NCBI RefSeq assembly: GCF_000181795.1
Contig: NW_003526943.1
Location: 622,487-686,486, forward strand
Direction of reading: 5' to 3'
DNA: 64,000 nucleotides
From: Trichinella spiralis
Lineage: Eukaryota
Numbering within the stretch: the first letter of the stretch is position 1; each line of letters begins with the position of its first letter. A program made the translations under genes and the position numbers. Below the pieces are notes generated by a model. The model was not told where the DNA came from. It made no database searches and saw only the letters and a list, made by a program, of their open reading frames with translations. Shown piece after piece: positions 44,278 through 57,951 of this stretch.

Positions 44278-45573
44278 ATGCAGCTATCATTGTTAAGAAA
44301 ATTTTCTCATTTATCAGCTGGATGTATTTATGCTGTGCAGAAATGCGGAGTAATGTCCAGTGCAAAATCACAATCCATATTTGATCTTGAAGCAAAGTAT
44401 GGTGCACATAATTATAAGCCACTGCCAGTGGCGTTGGAGCGTGGTGAGGGCATTTTTGTTTGGGACGTAGATGGACGACGTTACTTTGATTTTCTTTCTG
44501 CATATTCAGCAGTTAACCAAGGTCATCGTCATCCGAAAATTATAGAAGCATTAAAAAAGCAGGCTGATAGGCTGACACTTTGCTCACGGGCGACGTATTC
44601 AAATGTTTTAGGAGAATATGAAAAATTTATGACAAATTTGTTTGGTTATGACAAACTGTTACCCATGAATTCCGGCGTCGAGGGTTGTGAAAGTGCATTG
44701 AAGCTTGCTCGACGTTGGGCATATGATGTGAAGAGAGTCCCAGAAAATAAAGCTGAAGTGATATTTGTTGAAGGCAATTTTTGGGGAAGATCATTAGCCG
44801 CGGTCTCATCAAGCACGGATCAGGAATGTTATGGCGGGTTTGGTCCTTTTATGCCTGGTTTCAAAGTTATTCCATACGATGATCCGGGAGCTCTTGAACA
44901 AGTGCTCAACACGAATGGTAATAATGTTGCTGCTTTCATGGTTGAACCTATTCAAGGTGAAGCGGGCGTCAGGGTGCCAAAAGATGGTTATTTGAGAAAA
45001 GTTGCTGAAATTTGTCAAAGGTATAACGTTTTATTGATTGTAGATGAAGTTCAAACAGGATTAGGTCGTACTGGAAAAAGGTTGTGTTCCGACTATGAGA
45101 ATGTTCGCCCAGACATCCTTATTTTGGGTAAAGCGCTTTCAGGCGGCTGTTATCCAATTTCGGCGGTTTTATGTGATGATTCAATTATGCTTAACATTAA
45201 GCCAGGTCAGCACGGTTCTACTTTTGGAGGTAATCCATTAGCTTGCCGAATTGCGATGGCTGCTGTAAGAGTTGTCGAAGAAGAAAATTTAGCTTCTAAC
45301 GCTTTCAAGATGGGACAACTTTTTCATCAACAAATGCATAGCTTGCCAAGTGCAATTGTAAAAGCTGTTCGTGGCAAGGGTCTTCTCAACGCAATAGAAA
45401 TCAACAATGGTTATGATGCATGGGAATTATGCATCCGCTTATTAGAAAATGGACTTTTAGCCAAAACCACGCATGGAAATAAAATTCGATTTGCTCCTCC
45501 ATTGGTGATCGACGAGTTTCAGATGCTAGAAGCATGCTCTATCATAAAACATGTTCTTCAATGCTTTACCTAA
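44278..45573 (+). CDS. OAT: Ornithine aminotransferase (class III PLP-dependent), mitochondrial-type, intronless
   Basis: [52 protein letters not shown] (PLP Lys), [10 protein letters not shown] and a basic presequence-like N-terminus. Confidence 0.96.
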   Translation: MQLSLLRKFSHLSAGCIYAVQKCGVMSSAKSQSIFDLEAKYGAHNYKPLPVALERGEGIFVWDVDGRRYFDFLSAYSAVNQGHRHPKIIEALKKQADRLTLCSRATYSNVLGEYEKFMTNLFGYDKLLPMNSGVEGCESALKLARRWAYDVKRVPENKAEVIFVEGNFWGRSLAAVSSSTDQECYGGFGPFMPGFKVIPYDDPGALEQVLNTNGNNVAAFMVEPIQGEAGVRVPKDGYLRKVAEICQRYNVLLIVDEVQTGLGRTGKRLCSDYENVRPDILILGKALSGGCYPISAVLCDDSIMLNIKPGQHGSTFGGNPLACRIAMAAVRVVEEENLASNAFKMGQLFHQQMHSLPSAIVKAVRGKGLLNAIEINNGYDAWELCIRLLENGLLAKTTHGNKIRFAPPLVIDEFQMLEACSIIKHVLQCFT

Positions 45574-46151
45574 TGCAGTCAACAATATTCAGTTTTTTGT
45601 CCAGCAGTAACTGATTAAAAGATTTTTTCAGGTGACTTCTTCTGGGAGGGATGTCTTGTAATACATGTATTAAACAAAATAAAATAAATTATATTGTTTA
45701 ATTGGCAGTAATGTTTGACATTGAAAATTTAAAATCATTCAATTTATCAATCAAATCAATTCAGGTAATTTTTCGATAACATTTGAGCGTGCTATATTTG
45801 AAATACACTCACTTGAGAAGCAGTGTTTTAAGAACTTGTTTTTCATAATTGTCAAATGTGAATTGTTTTTCAAAATTTATGGTGCTAAAAAGTGAATAGA
45901 TTAATCTCATAATTGTTCACCAATCAAATATAACTATGAAAAAAGTTTTTCTAATAAATGAAAAGAAGAAGAATGCAGAAATATGCATTTAAAGTAATAA
46001 AGCTATTGAATTTCTCATCATACAAAGAAAATGATTAGACTTGATTATGCAAATTTTCTGCAAGATTGCGGAGTTGTTTCAATGATGTTTTAAAGTACAA
46101 CGTCATAATTTATATTTCTTTTGTTAAATATGCATAAAACCGCGGCGAAAC

Positions 46152-46223
46152 AGCAGAATGGTCCAGAGGAACCGTATTGGTCCCATAACCCAGAGGTCCG
46201 TGGATCGAAATCACGCTCTGCTA
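46152..46223 (+). pseudogene. Degenerate initiator tRNA-Met(CAT), probable tRNA pseudogene
   Basis: 72 nt collinear with eukaryotic tRNAi-Met (AGCAGA..., CCCATAACCCAGAGGTC, GGATCGAAA T-loop, CTCTGCTA), but with mismatches in the acceptor (A7:C66), D and anticodon stems. Confidence 0.8.
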
Positions 46224-46819
46224 TCTCTTTGCTTGGCATTTTTACGTGTTAAATTGATTTGGAATTTATTTCTTTCATTTTATAACTCATGTAATAAGAA
46301 TTCTGTCAAATCAATGCCAATAATTCTGTAGTTAGTTATTTTTAGTCATGTTGACAATTAAAACGTGAACATTAAAAGCAGATTGTTTACTTAATTTTGC
46401 AGTGTGATATAGCAGTGGTTTTTTTGTTTTCTAGCGTTTGTTTCAGAAATTCTTCAATTTAATTCATGAATTATCATTCTTCGCCATTTCATATTTCATC
46501 GAATATTTTCATGAATTTGCATGATTCAGCTTTTTATGAATAGAAACCTCAATTTAAATATGTACGTAAACTCTTGTTATCAGAACCTTTGTTTCGAAGC
46601 AGGTTTATAATTTATTTAATAAGAAACTGTAAAATTATTAACAAAAAATATTATAGTAACTACCTTCCAAGAAAATATTCATATCACGTACTCCTTGCTA
46701 GTCTATGTATGTATCTAACATTTCCATTTACTAAGTACTAAAATTAAATAAAGAAAAGCATCAGTAGACATGAATGCACTGTTTATTTGCATAAATATAA
46801 AGGAAAAATGAAAACAAAA

Positions 46820-49800
46820 TTATTTTTGTCGAATTACATCAACCAAAGTTCCTGATTCACAGTACAGAATCTCTGCAAAAATAGAATCATCCTTGACGAC
46901 GAAAATGTAATTTTCCTCTGCTGATTTTATTAAATAGCATTCTTTTGTTTGAAAATAATTGATCGCATTGCACTGATTATTTACAATGCAATTTAATAGG
47001 CATACTTGAAAATTACTGATATCTTTATTAATCGCCATTACTTCCCAGGATGTTAAATTTTTTTGCTTGTAAATTTCGGCAGCACAAATTTCTTGAGTTT
47101 CTTTAAAATAATAAATTAGTGGTTCAGCATTGTATTTTCGCTCAGCAGGGCGATCTGTTAAACAAAATTATAAGCATATTTCATAAAAATGTACTGTAAA
47201 GAATGAACAATGTATCTGTATTTCTCAAAACTGAAATGAATTTTATACAATAATTGAATGTCGGTACACAGATATGATTTGTTTTTTGATCCACAAAGTT
47301 CTTTTTACAAATTTCAAGCATTTAATGCACAAATCTTTAATTATTTTGCTCTACAAAGTGGGTCATTGAATATTTTCAAAATTAAACAAAAGATGCTTTT
47401 TATTAATTTAATACTGTTATTACTGGACTCATAAACTGCAATAAAAGTAGGCTTTTAAACATTTAATTAATACACTTAATTAATTCATTATTCATTTGAT
47501 TACTAGTTCTTAATGTTGTTCATCAATTAATGCAACTGCCCTTCCTTTAATGAAGCGACTTATGAAACTATTAATTAAAATGAGAAAAATTGACAATTCT
47601 GTGTTGAAATAATAAATATATGTACAACAAAGTTTTAATATATTAAAAGTTGTCCAGAAAAAATTTTTACCTTTGAAGCATCCTTTCAGTGCTACAACCA
47701 ATTCATGAGCGTGAACCAATATTGAATTGCTGCTTCGTCCTTTGAATATTTTTTTGCATTGGTGATGTAGTTGTGAGAACAGTACTGCCATACATGAAAT
47801 ATGCTTTCTGCACATGTGTAGGCATCTGTTTAGTGAATAAATTTTTCGTCTAATTTGAATTGCAAAAGCGTTTCGAATTATTCTGATATTTAACACTTGA
47901 ATTTTACAAATTTCAAAAAATTCATAAAGTTTTGCATATTGTTCATGAACATCTTCAGCTGCTACGTAGTGAAAAAAATCTAGCTCTTGCTCTACAAAAA
48001 GAAAGAACAGATTCAACGTAATCTGCTAAAATTAATGATATTATTACATGCAGAAATGAATTTACCACGGACATTATGTGTTCTACTGCTTCTTGGTCTT
48101 GATGGAGAAGATATGCTTGTTTCATCAGATTGAATGCGATTAATAGCAGATTCTTGCTGATATTCTTGTTGTTCGGCTACTGGAATAAATTTCGTATTTA
48201 TTGCAAATTTTCTATCTATAGCACGTGATATGAAATATGTGGAATTATTAGAATACATTAAACTTCCGCAAGAGGTGGCAAACATTCATAAATCAATTCC
48301 ATATATGTTATTTTAATTAAACGCTTTTTGCAATAACATAATAAATAAAAAAGGTGGAATGCACTATCTGAAAATGTGTTTATTTAAATACTTGATACCT
48401 TTCACACATTTTTCTATGAAATGAACCGTTTCTTTCTTGCTTTCTGAATATTCATAAAGTGCTTGGCTAGCGTTAAGCAACATATGCAAACAAGTTTTTT
48501 CTTCTGCTTCGAAATAAACAGCATTGCATAAATTTGCCTGAAACTGCCGAGCGCAGAAATGAATGCAATTTTTAAAATTCATCGACTTCCATAATAGGCT
48601 CTGGTGTTTCATGTGCTTTCTGTGCAAAGGAATTTCATGAACTGTGCATTGAATTTGCATTGATTCAACACGTAACTTTATTATTTTTCCACTACTATTG
48701 TAATATCTTCTTTCTGAGCCTTCCGTCATATCTGAAAGCATATTATGAATGGTGGTGAACTTTCATTCCTTTCAAAAATATGCCCTAAACATAAACAAAC
48801 AAAGGGACAACACACGAAACCTTGTTAAAATTATTGCCACTTGCAAGCTAAAAGTAGAATTCAAATTAATTTTAATTGTGCAATGAATTTCAAATATTTG
48901 CATTACAGAATAAATCTTAATCTCATCTATCGATGTTTCAAAATTAATGCATATTTAATCATACGCTAAAATGTTTGTTAAATCCAGAAATACGCACATT
49001 TTAACTGTAACGATATTTTTGAAATTAAATCATAAACAAATTTTAATGAAAGAAAAATAAATTCTGTAAATTGTTCATGTATTATAGAATTTTGTATTTG
49101 CATTTAATCAAAACGGATTTTTCAAACTCACTGTAATCACAGTAATTCAATGTAAAAAATTGTGATGTGCTTTTTCTCATTACATCTCTACTCTGCAGTG
49201 GTTGATTTTGTCGTAATAGAAGGCAAACTCTTTCTTCACCAGAAAACAACACTGCATGGCACTTCCCACGCACTGATAATACCCTGCAATGTGCAAGGCA
49301 TAGCTCTAAATTTTGGAGAAAAAGCATCCCGGTGCGTTTCAGCAAAAAGTTTTCACTGAAAGGATGCCTTTTAACAATGCAAATTTCTGCAGTTGCTTTC
49401 AATTTAACTGCACTAATTCTGTTAACATTTTCTTCAACTTCTTCTTCAAAAGAGTACATGAAACCCTGAGCTACATGAAAATATTACACAAAAATTTTTA
49501 TGTGCATACTAAGGTCAAACAGATAACTATTAGGCACTAAACTTTGCACACTACCTGGCAAGCAGTGTATTACTTTATAAAATTTCAAATCGTGCAACTG
49601 CTCACTGCAGTTGACTATGATGTTTTCTTCTAGCATGCCATGTAACATTGCACAAGAAGATGCTTTTTCATTATAGGCAAATATGCTGTAGTCGTTAGGA
49701 TTTAAATCAGAGTAGCTGTATGCGATACAACTTTTGAAAGAAGCATTAAACAAAAATAGGTCTGTGATGTCCAGAATTTCTTGTCGAATTCCTATTTGTT

Positions 49801-49965
49801 GCATGGAACAAATTTTATCTAACTCTGGTACATAAATTTGCATTTCTGAACTATATGAAATCTAAAAAGAGAATTTTTGAGTAAATTACTGCTTACTTTT
49901 TCATTACATACGTGCAACAAACCGCAAAACGCACAGCACAAAGGTAAAATGTTTTGAAGAAACAT
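46820..49965 (-). CDS. Secreted multi-PAN/Apple-domain protein A (signal exon, 5 Cys-domain exons and a linker exon)
   Basis: MFLQNILPLCCAFCGLLH|ISYS signal, repeated C..CxxxC..CxxxxF/Y..C..C domains at one per exon, ending FAEILYCE. Confidence 0.75.
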
Positions 49966-50684
49966 TTCTGCATCTTTAGTAAACAAGTTTTCATGAAAAG
50001 ATGGTGATACATTTTAATATAAATATCGAAGATTACATTGCAAATGTATAGACATATTTGATTATGGCATATTTGAAGAGTCTTAATTGCAAAATTCTTT
50101 ATTCATGCTTATTAATGCATAACATCTTCGGAAAATTTCATTGACTTTTTGATTTGAATGTTCTAGTATAACAATACAAATATTTATTTATTTTATACGC
50201 CCAATTAGACTGGATGATATATTAGCATTATTTTTTATGACATTATTTTATTACTTTAAATGTGTGGAAACTTTTAAAGCATTTCTAAAAAATAATTTGA
50301 TCATTTGTTAAATAAAACGGCAAATAAGTAGGCCATAAATACGCACCATTCATATCAATGAACCCTCCGTAGTATTGTTCAGATCAATGTGAGCCAACGT
50401 TGCTTAATATTCATATTATTCCGCCATTATTTATTGTTATGGTCTGTGGCTTTCTGATATCTCTTTTCAAAGTATTTTACGCATTTTGAAAAAAATGGAC
50501 GTTCTGCGCCTATTTGTGAAGTCTCCGCAACATCTCAAACTTTCGTTTTTGGATTCTTTCGCTCACATTGAATTGCAACGTCTTAATGTCACATTTAATT
50601 CTCATGTCAAATTGAAACATTTAATTTAATTAAGAACGCACACGGTTTAAATAAAAAAATGAATTTATTAATGATTATTTAATA

Positions 50685-50993
50685 CAGCGTTTCTCAACAA
50701 TTTTATCCTCACAGAACTCCAAATGTAATTTTTTGTCTCGCGGAACCCCTGCATAATTAAAAAAAATTTTTTTTCTTTTTCAATGACGTAGAGGTCTTAA
50801 GGCATACATAATAAATTTTCATAGGTTGGTTAACCTGAAATAAATAATGGCTACTGCAATAAGATGCATAATGAATAGCAGATAATAGCTACTAGAATTC
50901 ATTTTTCATAAGTAACGCTTAAAAGGCAAAACAATGTGTCATATTTCGCAAAACCCTTGAAGACTGCTCGAGGAACCCGTTTGAGAAACGCAG
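50685..50993. mobile_element. hAT (Charlie-like) MITE, about 309 bp
   Basis: TIRs CAGCGTTTCTCAA / TTGAGAAACGCAG (12/13), flanks ATTTAATA / ATTTCATA (7/8 TSD) and subterminal GGAACCC motifs. Confidence 0.78.
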
Positions 50994-51809
50994 ATTTCAT
51001 ACAATGAATTTTGACTTACATTTTATGAAAGCTACATACTTCATATTTTTATTTGCTTAAAGAGATGCTTGAGTAACTTCACTATCATGCTTGATGAAAA
51101 TTCTTAACACGCAAGGTGAATTAATTATTAATTGCAATGCTGAGCTAATTTCGAACATTTTGTAACATTAACTAAAAAAATTGAGCAAAACAGTTCTCAA
51201 TTTCACTGAGTTCATTACTTATTTCATTATTATTTTTAATTTAGTTCACCAATCAATAAAACTTTGAAGGTGCGCATACGATGTGGTCTTATTTCTATTT
51301 ATTTCATCACTGCGGCATTTATAAAGCAAACATTTCAAATCCATAGCGGTTTAACTTTTTACTAATTAGCACTAATTAATAAATATTCTGCATAATCATG
51401 GAAATTAATGTTTCGAGCAAATTCATAAATGTTCATAATTATTTTAACTTAATTTTATACTAATATTCTAATATGTACATTTTATTTCACAAATCGATTT
51501 GAATTCCTTAAACATGTATTTGATTTTACATCTGCTTTGTTATTATTGTGTTAACCCAATTTACAAAAGTACTCTTAAATGACATATCATTCACAAGATT
51601 AAATATGTGCTGTCGTATGTGAACAGCACGTAATAAGTATGAAGAATTATATACGCAACCATGTGCGTTGTTAATATCTATTTTTATTGTGAGCTAGTTT
51701 ATATTAATAGTTTTCAGATTTTACATGAGTGTAAGATAGGTTAGTAATATTCAAATTTTCAAAATACACTGCTTTCCAATGTTTATTACTCTAGTGCTCC
51801 ATTGCTGTT

Positions 51810-54387
51810 TCATTCACAATACAATAGCTCTGCGAAAACAGAATACACTGATCTAGTAAAATTTGTCTGATTCGCCCTGCCTAACAAACTACATTGTTGA
51901 TCAATGAAATTAACAGCACTGCATTTCTGAGCATTCATAACTGATGCACATTTTGAAAGACACTCTTGTAAACTGAAAGTGTTTTCTATACTTGTTATAA
52001 TTTTCCAACCAGATAAGCTCAACGGTTCGTACAATTCCAGTAGACACATTTCATCTAATTCTGGAATGAAGCAAAATAGATGCCGTGTGTTGTTAGCGCG
52101 TTCAGTTTCTCTGTCTAAAATAATATTATCTTAAATAATGCAAATTAATAAGTTAAATTAATTGTACAATTTCAATTAATGCAGCTGGTTAAGGGCAGAA
52201 AAATTAAAAATTTTCTTTTAAAAGATTAAATGTGAACCTATCATTTAAAATATCACATTATTTTGATTTCATCAAAATTTACATATATAATAGGCTTTAT
52301 AAATTTTAATAGTGACACTGAAATCCGCTTACCCTTTTTGCAAGAAGAAAGCGTTACATATTGTTGATCATCACTTAGTAAAATTTCACCATTTTCATTT
52401 CCATCAACTGCAATCATGCATGTTTTCATTTGCTTAGAATAAGCAATGCCATTGCATTCCTCACTATTTTTCAGATGACGGCAGATATGAATGCATTCAT
52501 GAAAGAATGAGATATTTGCATAATGTTTACTGAATATTATATTCGGAATTAATGTAGAAATCCAATGCCGTGTTACGCATATTTCCTTAAATTCATGTAA
52601 AGAAACTTCCAGTTCAATGAAATGATCTGGGTACTTTAAACGTGTCTCGTTTGGATCTCTCAACGTTATATTCAGAGTTTCATCTAAAACGCAAAAACAT
52701 GTTCAAATATGTTTAAACGGTTTTGAAATATTCTACAATTATACAGCATTTGTTGTTTCCATTGTTAATTTACAATGATTAATGTATAAAATTATGGATT
52801 ATTTCCCTCAATATATTTAATCAACATATTTGTGTGAAATATGTAGTTATCGGAATTAACTTTTAGGAGTATAAAATTCAAATTAGTACTCCAAATATTT
52901 GTCAAATATTTCAAATTTTATCATTTTAATATTTCATGTGAATATTTCACCCAGATTTTAATTTGATACACACTGATATTTTAAATTAACAGTTTCTTAC
53001 CATCATAAAATTTCGTTATACTTCGATAACCACGGCGTATAGCCGAAGCATATCGTCTCTTCAAACGCATTGTAAGACATGTATTTTCCCTGGATGAGAA
53101 ATAATATGCATCACAACCATATGTTATAATTGAAGCTATGCATATGTTCAAGCATTCTTTTTCATCTGCGGAGTCCCGTAAATGAAGACGAACGGCGGTT
53201 CTACTTGCATAAAAAACTTCATGATGAATGGCTATTTGCATATCCAAGTGAGAGGCCGCGTATGCAATAACAGGTGGTCTTCCGCTGCTTGGAATGTCAT
53301 AAAACTCTGATCTTGTAAAATCTGAAAGGAAATTATAATGCCAATTAATAAAAATGAACTTTAAATACCTTTAAATAATTATACAAAGGAATAGCAAACA
53401 ACTGCGTTTAACAATACAACAGTAAAATTTACGCTTAATTACTTTAACATACAAAATATCAAATATTTAAACTGAAGAAATCAATGAATATTTGAAGCAC
53501 ATTTTAATTTACCATCATAACGGAACAGAACAATAAAATATTGTGCATCAGCTTCGAAAGTCGGTGAGCTTCCTTGCAAACGAAAAGAACCTGGACGTCG
53601 TTTTAATAAAATGCAAGTTTTTTCCTGAACAGAAAACAAAACGCTGTTGCATGAAGTGTGAGAATGTACATCACAGGCAGCAAGGCAACGCTTTAGAGAA
53701 GATGCTGTAATTAGTAGCAAACGCTGAATTCTGTAGCTTTCAACAAACGGTCGCCTTTGAACACGATACACCTTATGAATGGACGGTAGATGCACGTCTG
53801 CTATAATTCCAGCTACATTCAGTAATGTAGTATGAATTATTTTTTTAACAGGAACTGATGAAATATCTAAAAAGAATATTAAACTTAAAATGATATCCAA
53901 TTTGTTGCTGTTTGTATATTGCCAGTACAAAGTTGCAGCACAGATTAGCTTTGAAAGATAAAATTTTCATAAAGCAATTTTGTCATACCTTTGTGACATC
54001 TGTGCAGTAAAAGATGACTTGACTGCCCTGTCTCAACATCTTCTGGTAGAGAATAATATGTTGCATTTCTAATATATAACTCGCATTGCTTTGCAAAAAA
54101 AGTATATTTAATGGAATTGCACGGGTGTCGATGCTGGAAACAAATTGCAATGCAAGACTCAAAACTACAAAACAGTTGCTCAATGTATTCGGCTTCAAAG
54201 TTATTTATTTTTTTTGCAAGTAAAACACATGTAGCATCTAGTTTTGGGACATAAACTGACATCCAATTACAATTTGCGAGCTGAAAAATAAATATAACAT
54301 TAAATGTTTCATTTAGCAACAAACTACTTACACTGAAATTTGTAATAAATATTACAGTGAAAAAAATATGTTGCTTTAAAACAGCAT
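51810..54387 (-). CDS. Multi-PAN/Apple-domain protein B (5 domain exons); start codon unresolved
   Basis: Five paralogous Cys-domain exons joined by phase-1 GT-AG introns, ending FAELLYCE*; hydrophobic signal-like exon at 54387-54332. Confidence 0.72.
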
Positions 54388-54519
54388 CTAAAAAAATAAA
54401 TGTATTTTAATGCGAAATAATAGCTTTTTTACTAGTTCTTCATGATTATCATTTTATATAGGCATTTTCACTTTATTCTCTCTTTTGTTACTAAGGAAAC
54501 ATCCATTTTTTTTATTTGA

Positions 54520-56104
54520 CCCTTTCAGACGAACATTTTTTTCTGTGAAACAATCATTTTTTAAATATGCGTTTTAAACATGTTATGGTGTGTGTATGAA
54601 AATTCTAATAGGATTTATTATTGCAATAATATTATTGCCATTTTTAGAGCTGTATCAAAAGTGATACACTGGGCCTCAAAGGAGTACACGTTTCTATAAC
54701 TAAGTGTGCATACGTTTATTGTTCTTATGTACGCAGGCATGCAGTAATTGGCAGACAAATAATTATTTATGAAATTCTGTAAAGCAGTTCCTGTTGCTAC
54801 TTAGGCATAGGTAAATACTGCATTTTTTGCACAGGCACGTCGCTAATTTAGAGCACAGTCTGCATCTTCTTAGTGTTTGAGTGATTTTTGGTCAGTGGCT
54901 AGTTTGGTCCTTTGCTACTTCTCTTGAGACGTCAGTTGGTCGTCTTCCCAATCGTCTTGACGTCAGGGGTAGTGTCGGAGAATACGCACGAGAATGGCTT
55001 CTGGAAGTTGCAATAGACTTGTTCACAAGACACAAGGACTGACTAACTTGGCAAGTGAAGCTTAATAGGTCCAGTGTGCCTGTGCATGTTACAGGCATCT
55101 CATTTCTGTCCCGCTTATACAATTGCCATGCATCTGTCATGGCAGTGCTGATGATCCAAAAGAAAATGCGACGGGTCCATTTTCGACTTTTGTGTTCGAT
55201 GCGGTATAGAGCAGCAAGCATGTTGTTCAGGTCTATGCCACCCATATTCTTGTTGTAATTTTTTAAAATGTTTGGGATTTCAACGTTAATACCTTTTCGT
55301 TGTCTGCCATCCCACCTTTTCACAGTTGACTTTGGTTTTATACCAAGATATGTCGATGTCGCTGTGACGCGTCTGTTGTCATACCAAGCAATTGCGATGA
55401 TCCCTTTTTTAGCGACAGTTCTAAAGTCATAAGCACCTTTGCCCTTTGACTTCAGATTTTTTTCAGAGAGCAGATGGCAGCCACGAAGTCTGTTTGGTCT
55501 AATGGTCCCATAGAATAGGATTCCCATTTTTTTAGCCGCAGCTGTAATTCAAGAAATGTGTAGTAGTTGTCAAAGAACAGTTTGTAGTTTCTGTTCTTTG
55601 GCAACGTTTCGCACAGTTTTAATATATAATTTGCTGGTTGAAAAGGCAGTGGGTCCTCGACATAATGGGGTTGGGCAAGCGATTCTGAGTAGGTTGAGGG
55701 TAGTAAATGTGATGTGCAATTTCCGTTTAAACTCAGTGTATCAAAATTGATACAGGTAATCTAAGCAACTCTACTCAGCACCCCAAAAACTTTAGAGGCT
55801 TCTGTCAATTTTAACATCATCTTCACATCAACATCTACTAGTAAAATAATTATTATCCTTAAATTCTGCTCAGTTCTTAATTTATGCATCAAAATGCAAA
55901 TTCATGTTTTTTCGTCTCACCTACCTGTACAGCAGGGCGCATTATAAAAAATCTACTAAGATGAGAAAAAAATGGCAGTAAAATATTGTTAAGACAAGTG
56001 TCAAGAACATATAAACACAATCATGCTTAACAAACACGTTTCAGTAAATAGCTATGGGGCATAAAACATTATGTATGAAAATTGATACGCTGGGCTTGAA
56101 AGGG
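54520..56104 (-). mobile_element. piggyBac-family transposon, internally deleted copy 2
   Basis: CCCTTTCAGACG ... GGCTTGAAAGGG with flanks TTGA / TTAA. It retains transposase KLFFDNYY, GTIRPNR, WYDNRRV and MGGIDLNN, with a premature stop at 54892 before the Cys-rich domain. Confidence 0.93.
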
Positions 56105-57345
56105 TTAATTGGGAGTGACATGGTTTGTTCTCATATAACAAAAAATTTGCAAGAAAAGATTTGAACGGAAAAACCCCTCTAAATTGAAGTTTAGTAACAA
56201 AGTAGTATGTTTGGACGAAGTAACATTCACTTCAGTTCAAATAAAAATATTGCTTTCTATTCAACATTTCTCAGCAATTTGGGCATAAAAATAATAATTA
56301 ATATTTTGGAAGTAGATGACTTACTTTTAATAGCGCATGTTTTATTTTGTCGTGGCATTTCACTTTTACTCTGTACCTCTATTCTATTATTCACAGTTAC
56401 ATTTGAATTTATATAGCTGCATAAACGCATATGCAGCTGTTTCTATGTACGCAATTCCATGTATATGCAGGCAGCATGTGATTTACACTTTTAAAGCATG
56501 CTCGAAACAGCTCAGTGATTTTTATGTGAATAGGAGTGACTAAGAAGTTTTCATCAATTTGATGAGAACTACATTTTATTTGCATTTGATTTTCATTGCT
56601 ATTTTTAGAAAGCATAGCAAATGTTCTTTTATTTCATTTCAGTTTTTATTTATGTTGAAAATAAATTTATTCATTGCTGCTTACAGTGAATATTAATTAA
56701 ATGGTTATTGATTATTAGTTTTTTCATTCTGATCATTACAGATTTTTAAAATTAACTGCAAATTGTAGTTGCATCCACAAACAATAATTTGTAATTTTGA
56801 AATCGCCCTGATGCCACTTTGTTAAAGTCGTTCACTGATATGTTGTTTATTATTGTTGTTGTTGCTGTTGGGTAGTGAAAAATAAAAATCACTATTTAGC
56901 TTGTTTTATGTATTGTTTTTTTTTGAATTATTACTATCGCATTTGGTATGACGTCACTGTGGTACAATAAAATAGAGAACAATGATAAAAATTGTTTTCA
57001 GAAATGCTGATCATGAAAAAGTATAAACTTCACCAAAAATAATATATTTAAATAAACAAAATTTCAATGAATGACAAAACTTCAAACAAACAATAAAATT
57101 TTGGAATAATAAATATTTCCACTATTAATGTTACGTCACTATTATTAAAGTTACGTAATCCTAAATGGAATATTTGAACCAATGAAATGAAAAAATATTA
57201 CAGCTAATCACAAGGGAAGGATTTGAATCAATGAGCAATTATACAGGGAAAACCAATAAGACAACGACTTGACAGCCCAATAAAATAGCGCAGTCAACGA
57301 CCAATAAGAGTAACGCGGGACCGGTCTGGACCATACCATTATTAA

Positions 57346-57760
57346 CCCTCTGATGGATTGTTGGCGTTAGGTACGTTGTTGGACTGTTGGGGTGGGGCCC
57401 ACCCCACTTTAGGAAAACACGTTTAAAAAGCTGGAAGTATGCTAAATTTTTATGAAATTTGTTTTATTGGATAGTTCGAAGAATTCTGTACATGATGGTA
57501 TCAAAGTATTTCCAATTTTAATAATTTTAAAGCCTTTTATTGGCAAAAAATGCAAAAAAATTTTTGTAAAAAAATCGTGATTTTTTAGTTTTTTTCTTAG
57601 TGTGGACTTAGTTTTGTAAAATTCGTGAAACAAATTACAAACTTGAGTAGAGCACGTTATTCTGCAAATTTTGATACCAAACACAGCTCTATAGTCTTTT
57701 TTTTTGGTTCCAAAAAGACTACGTTTTTCTAAGCCCTTTCTATACTTTTAACATAAACAT
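57346..57760. mobile_element. Probable degenerate DNA-transposon/MITE fragment; boundaries approximate
   Basis: Begins TTAA|CCCT and contains the GC-rich palindrome GGGGTGGG-G-CCCACCCC; no matching second terminus was found. Confidence 0.35.
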
Positions 57761-57951
57761 ATGGGAAAGTGTTGAGTTAGTTGAATGCTGATAATAAAAA
57801 TTTTGCTTTGATTAATAAAGTTAATTAAAGCATTAACAATTTAAGATTTGTTTTTCAGGAATGTGGTTAACAGGTAAATTTCTTTTCGTAACACATATTT
57901 ATTAAGGATAATTCACAATAAGACAAGAAAAAATGTCTATTAATGATATTT

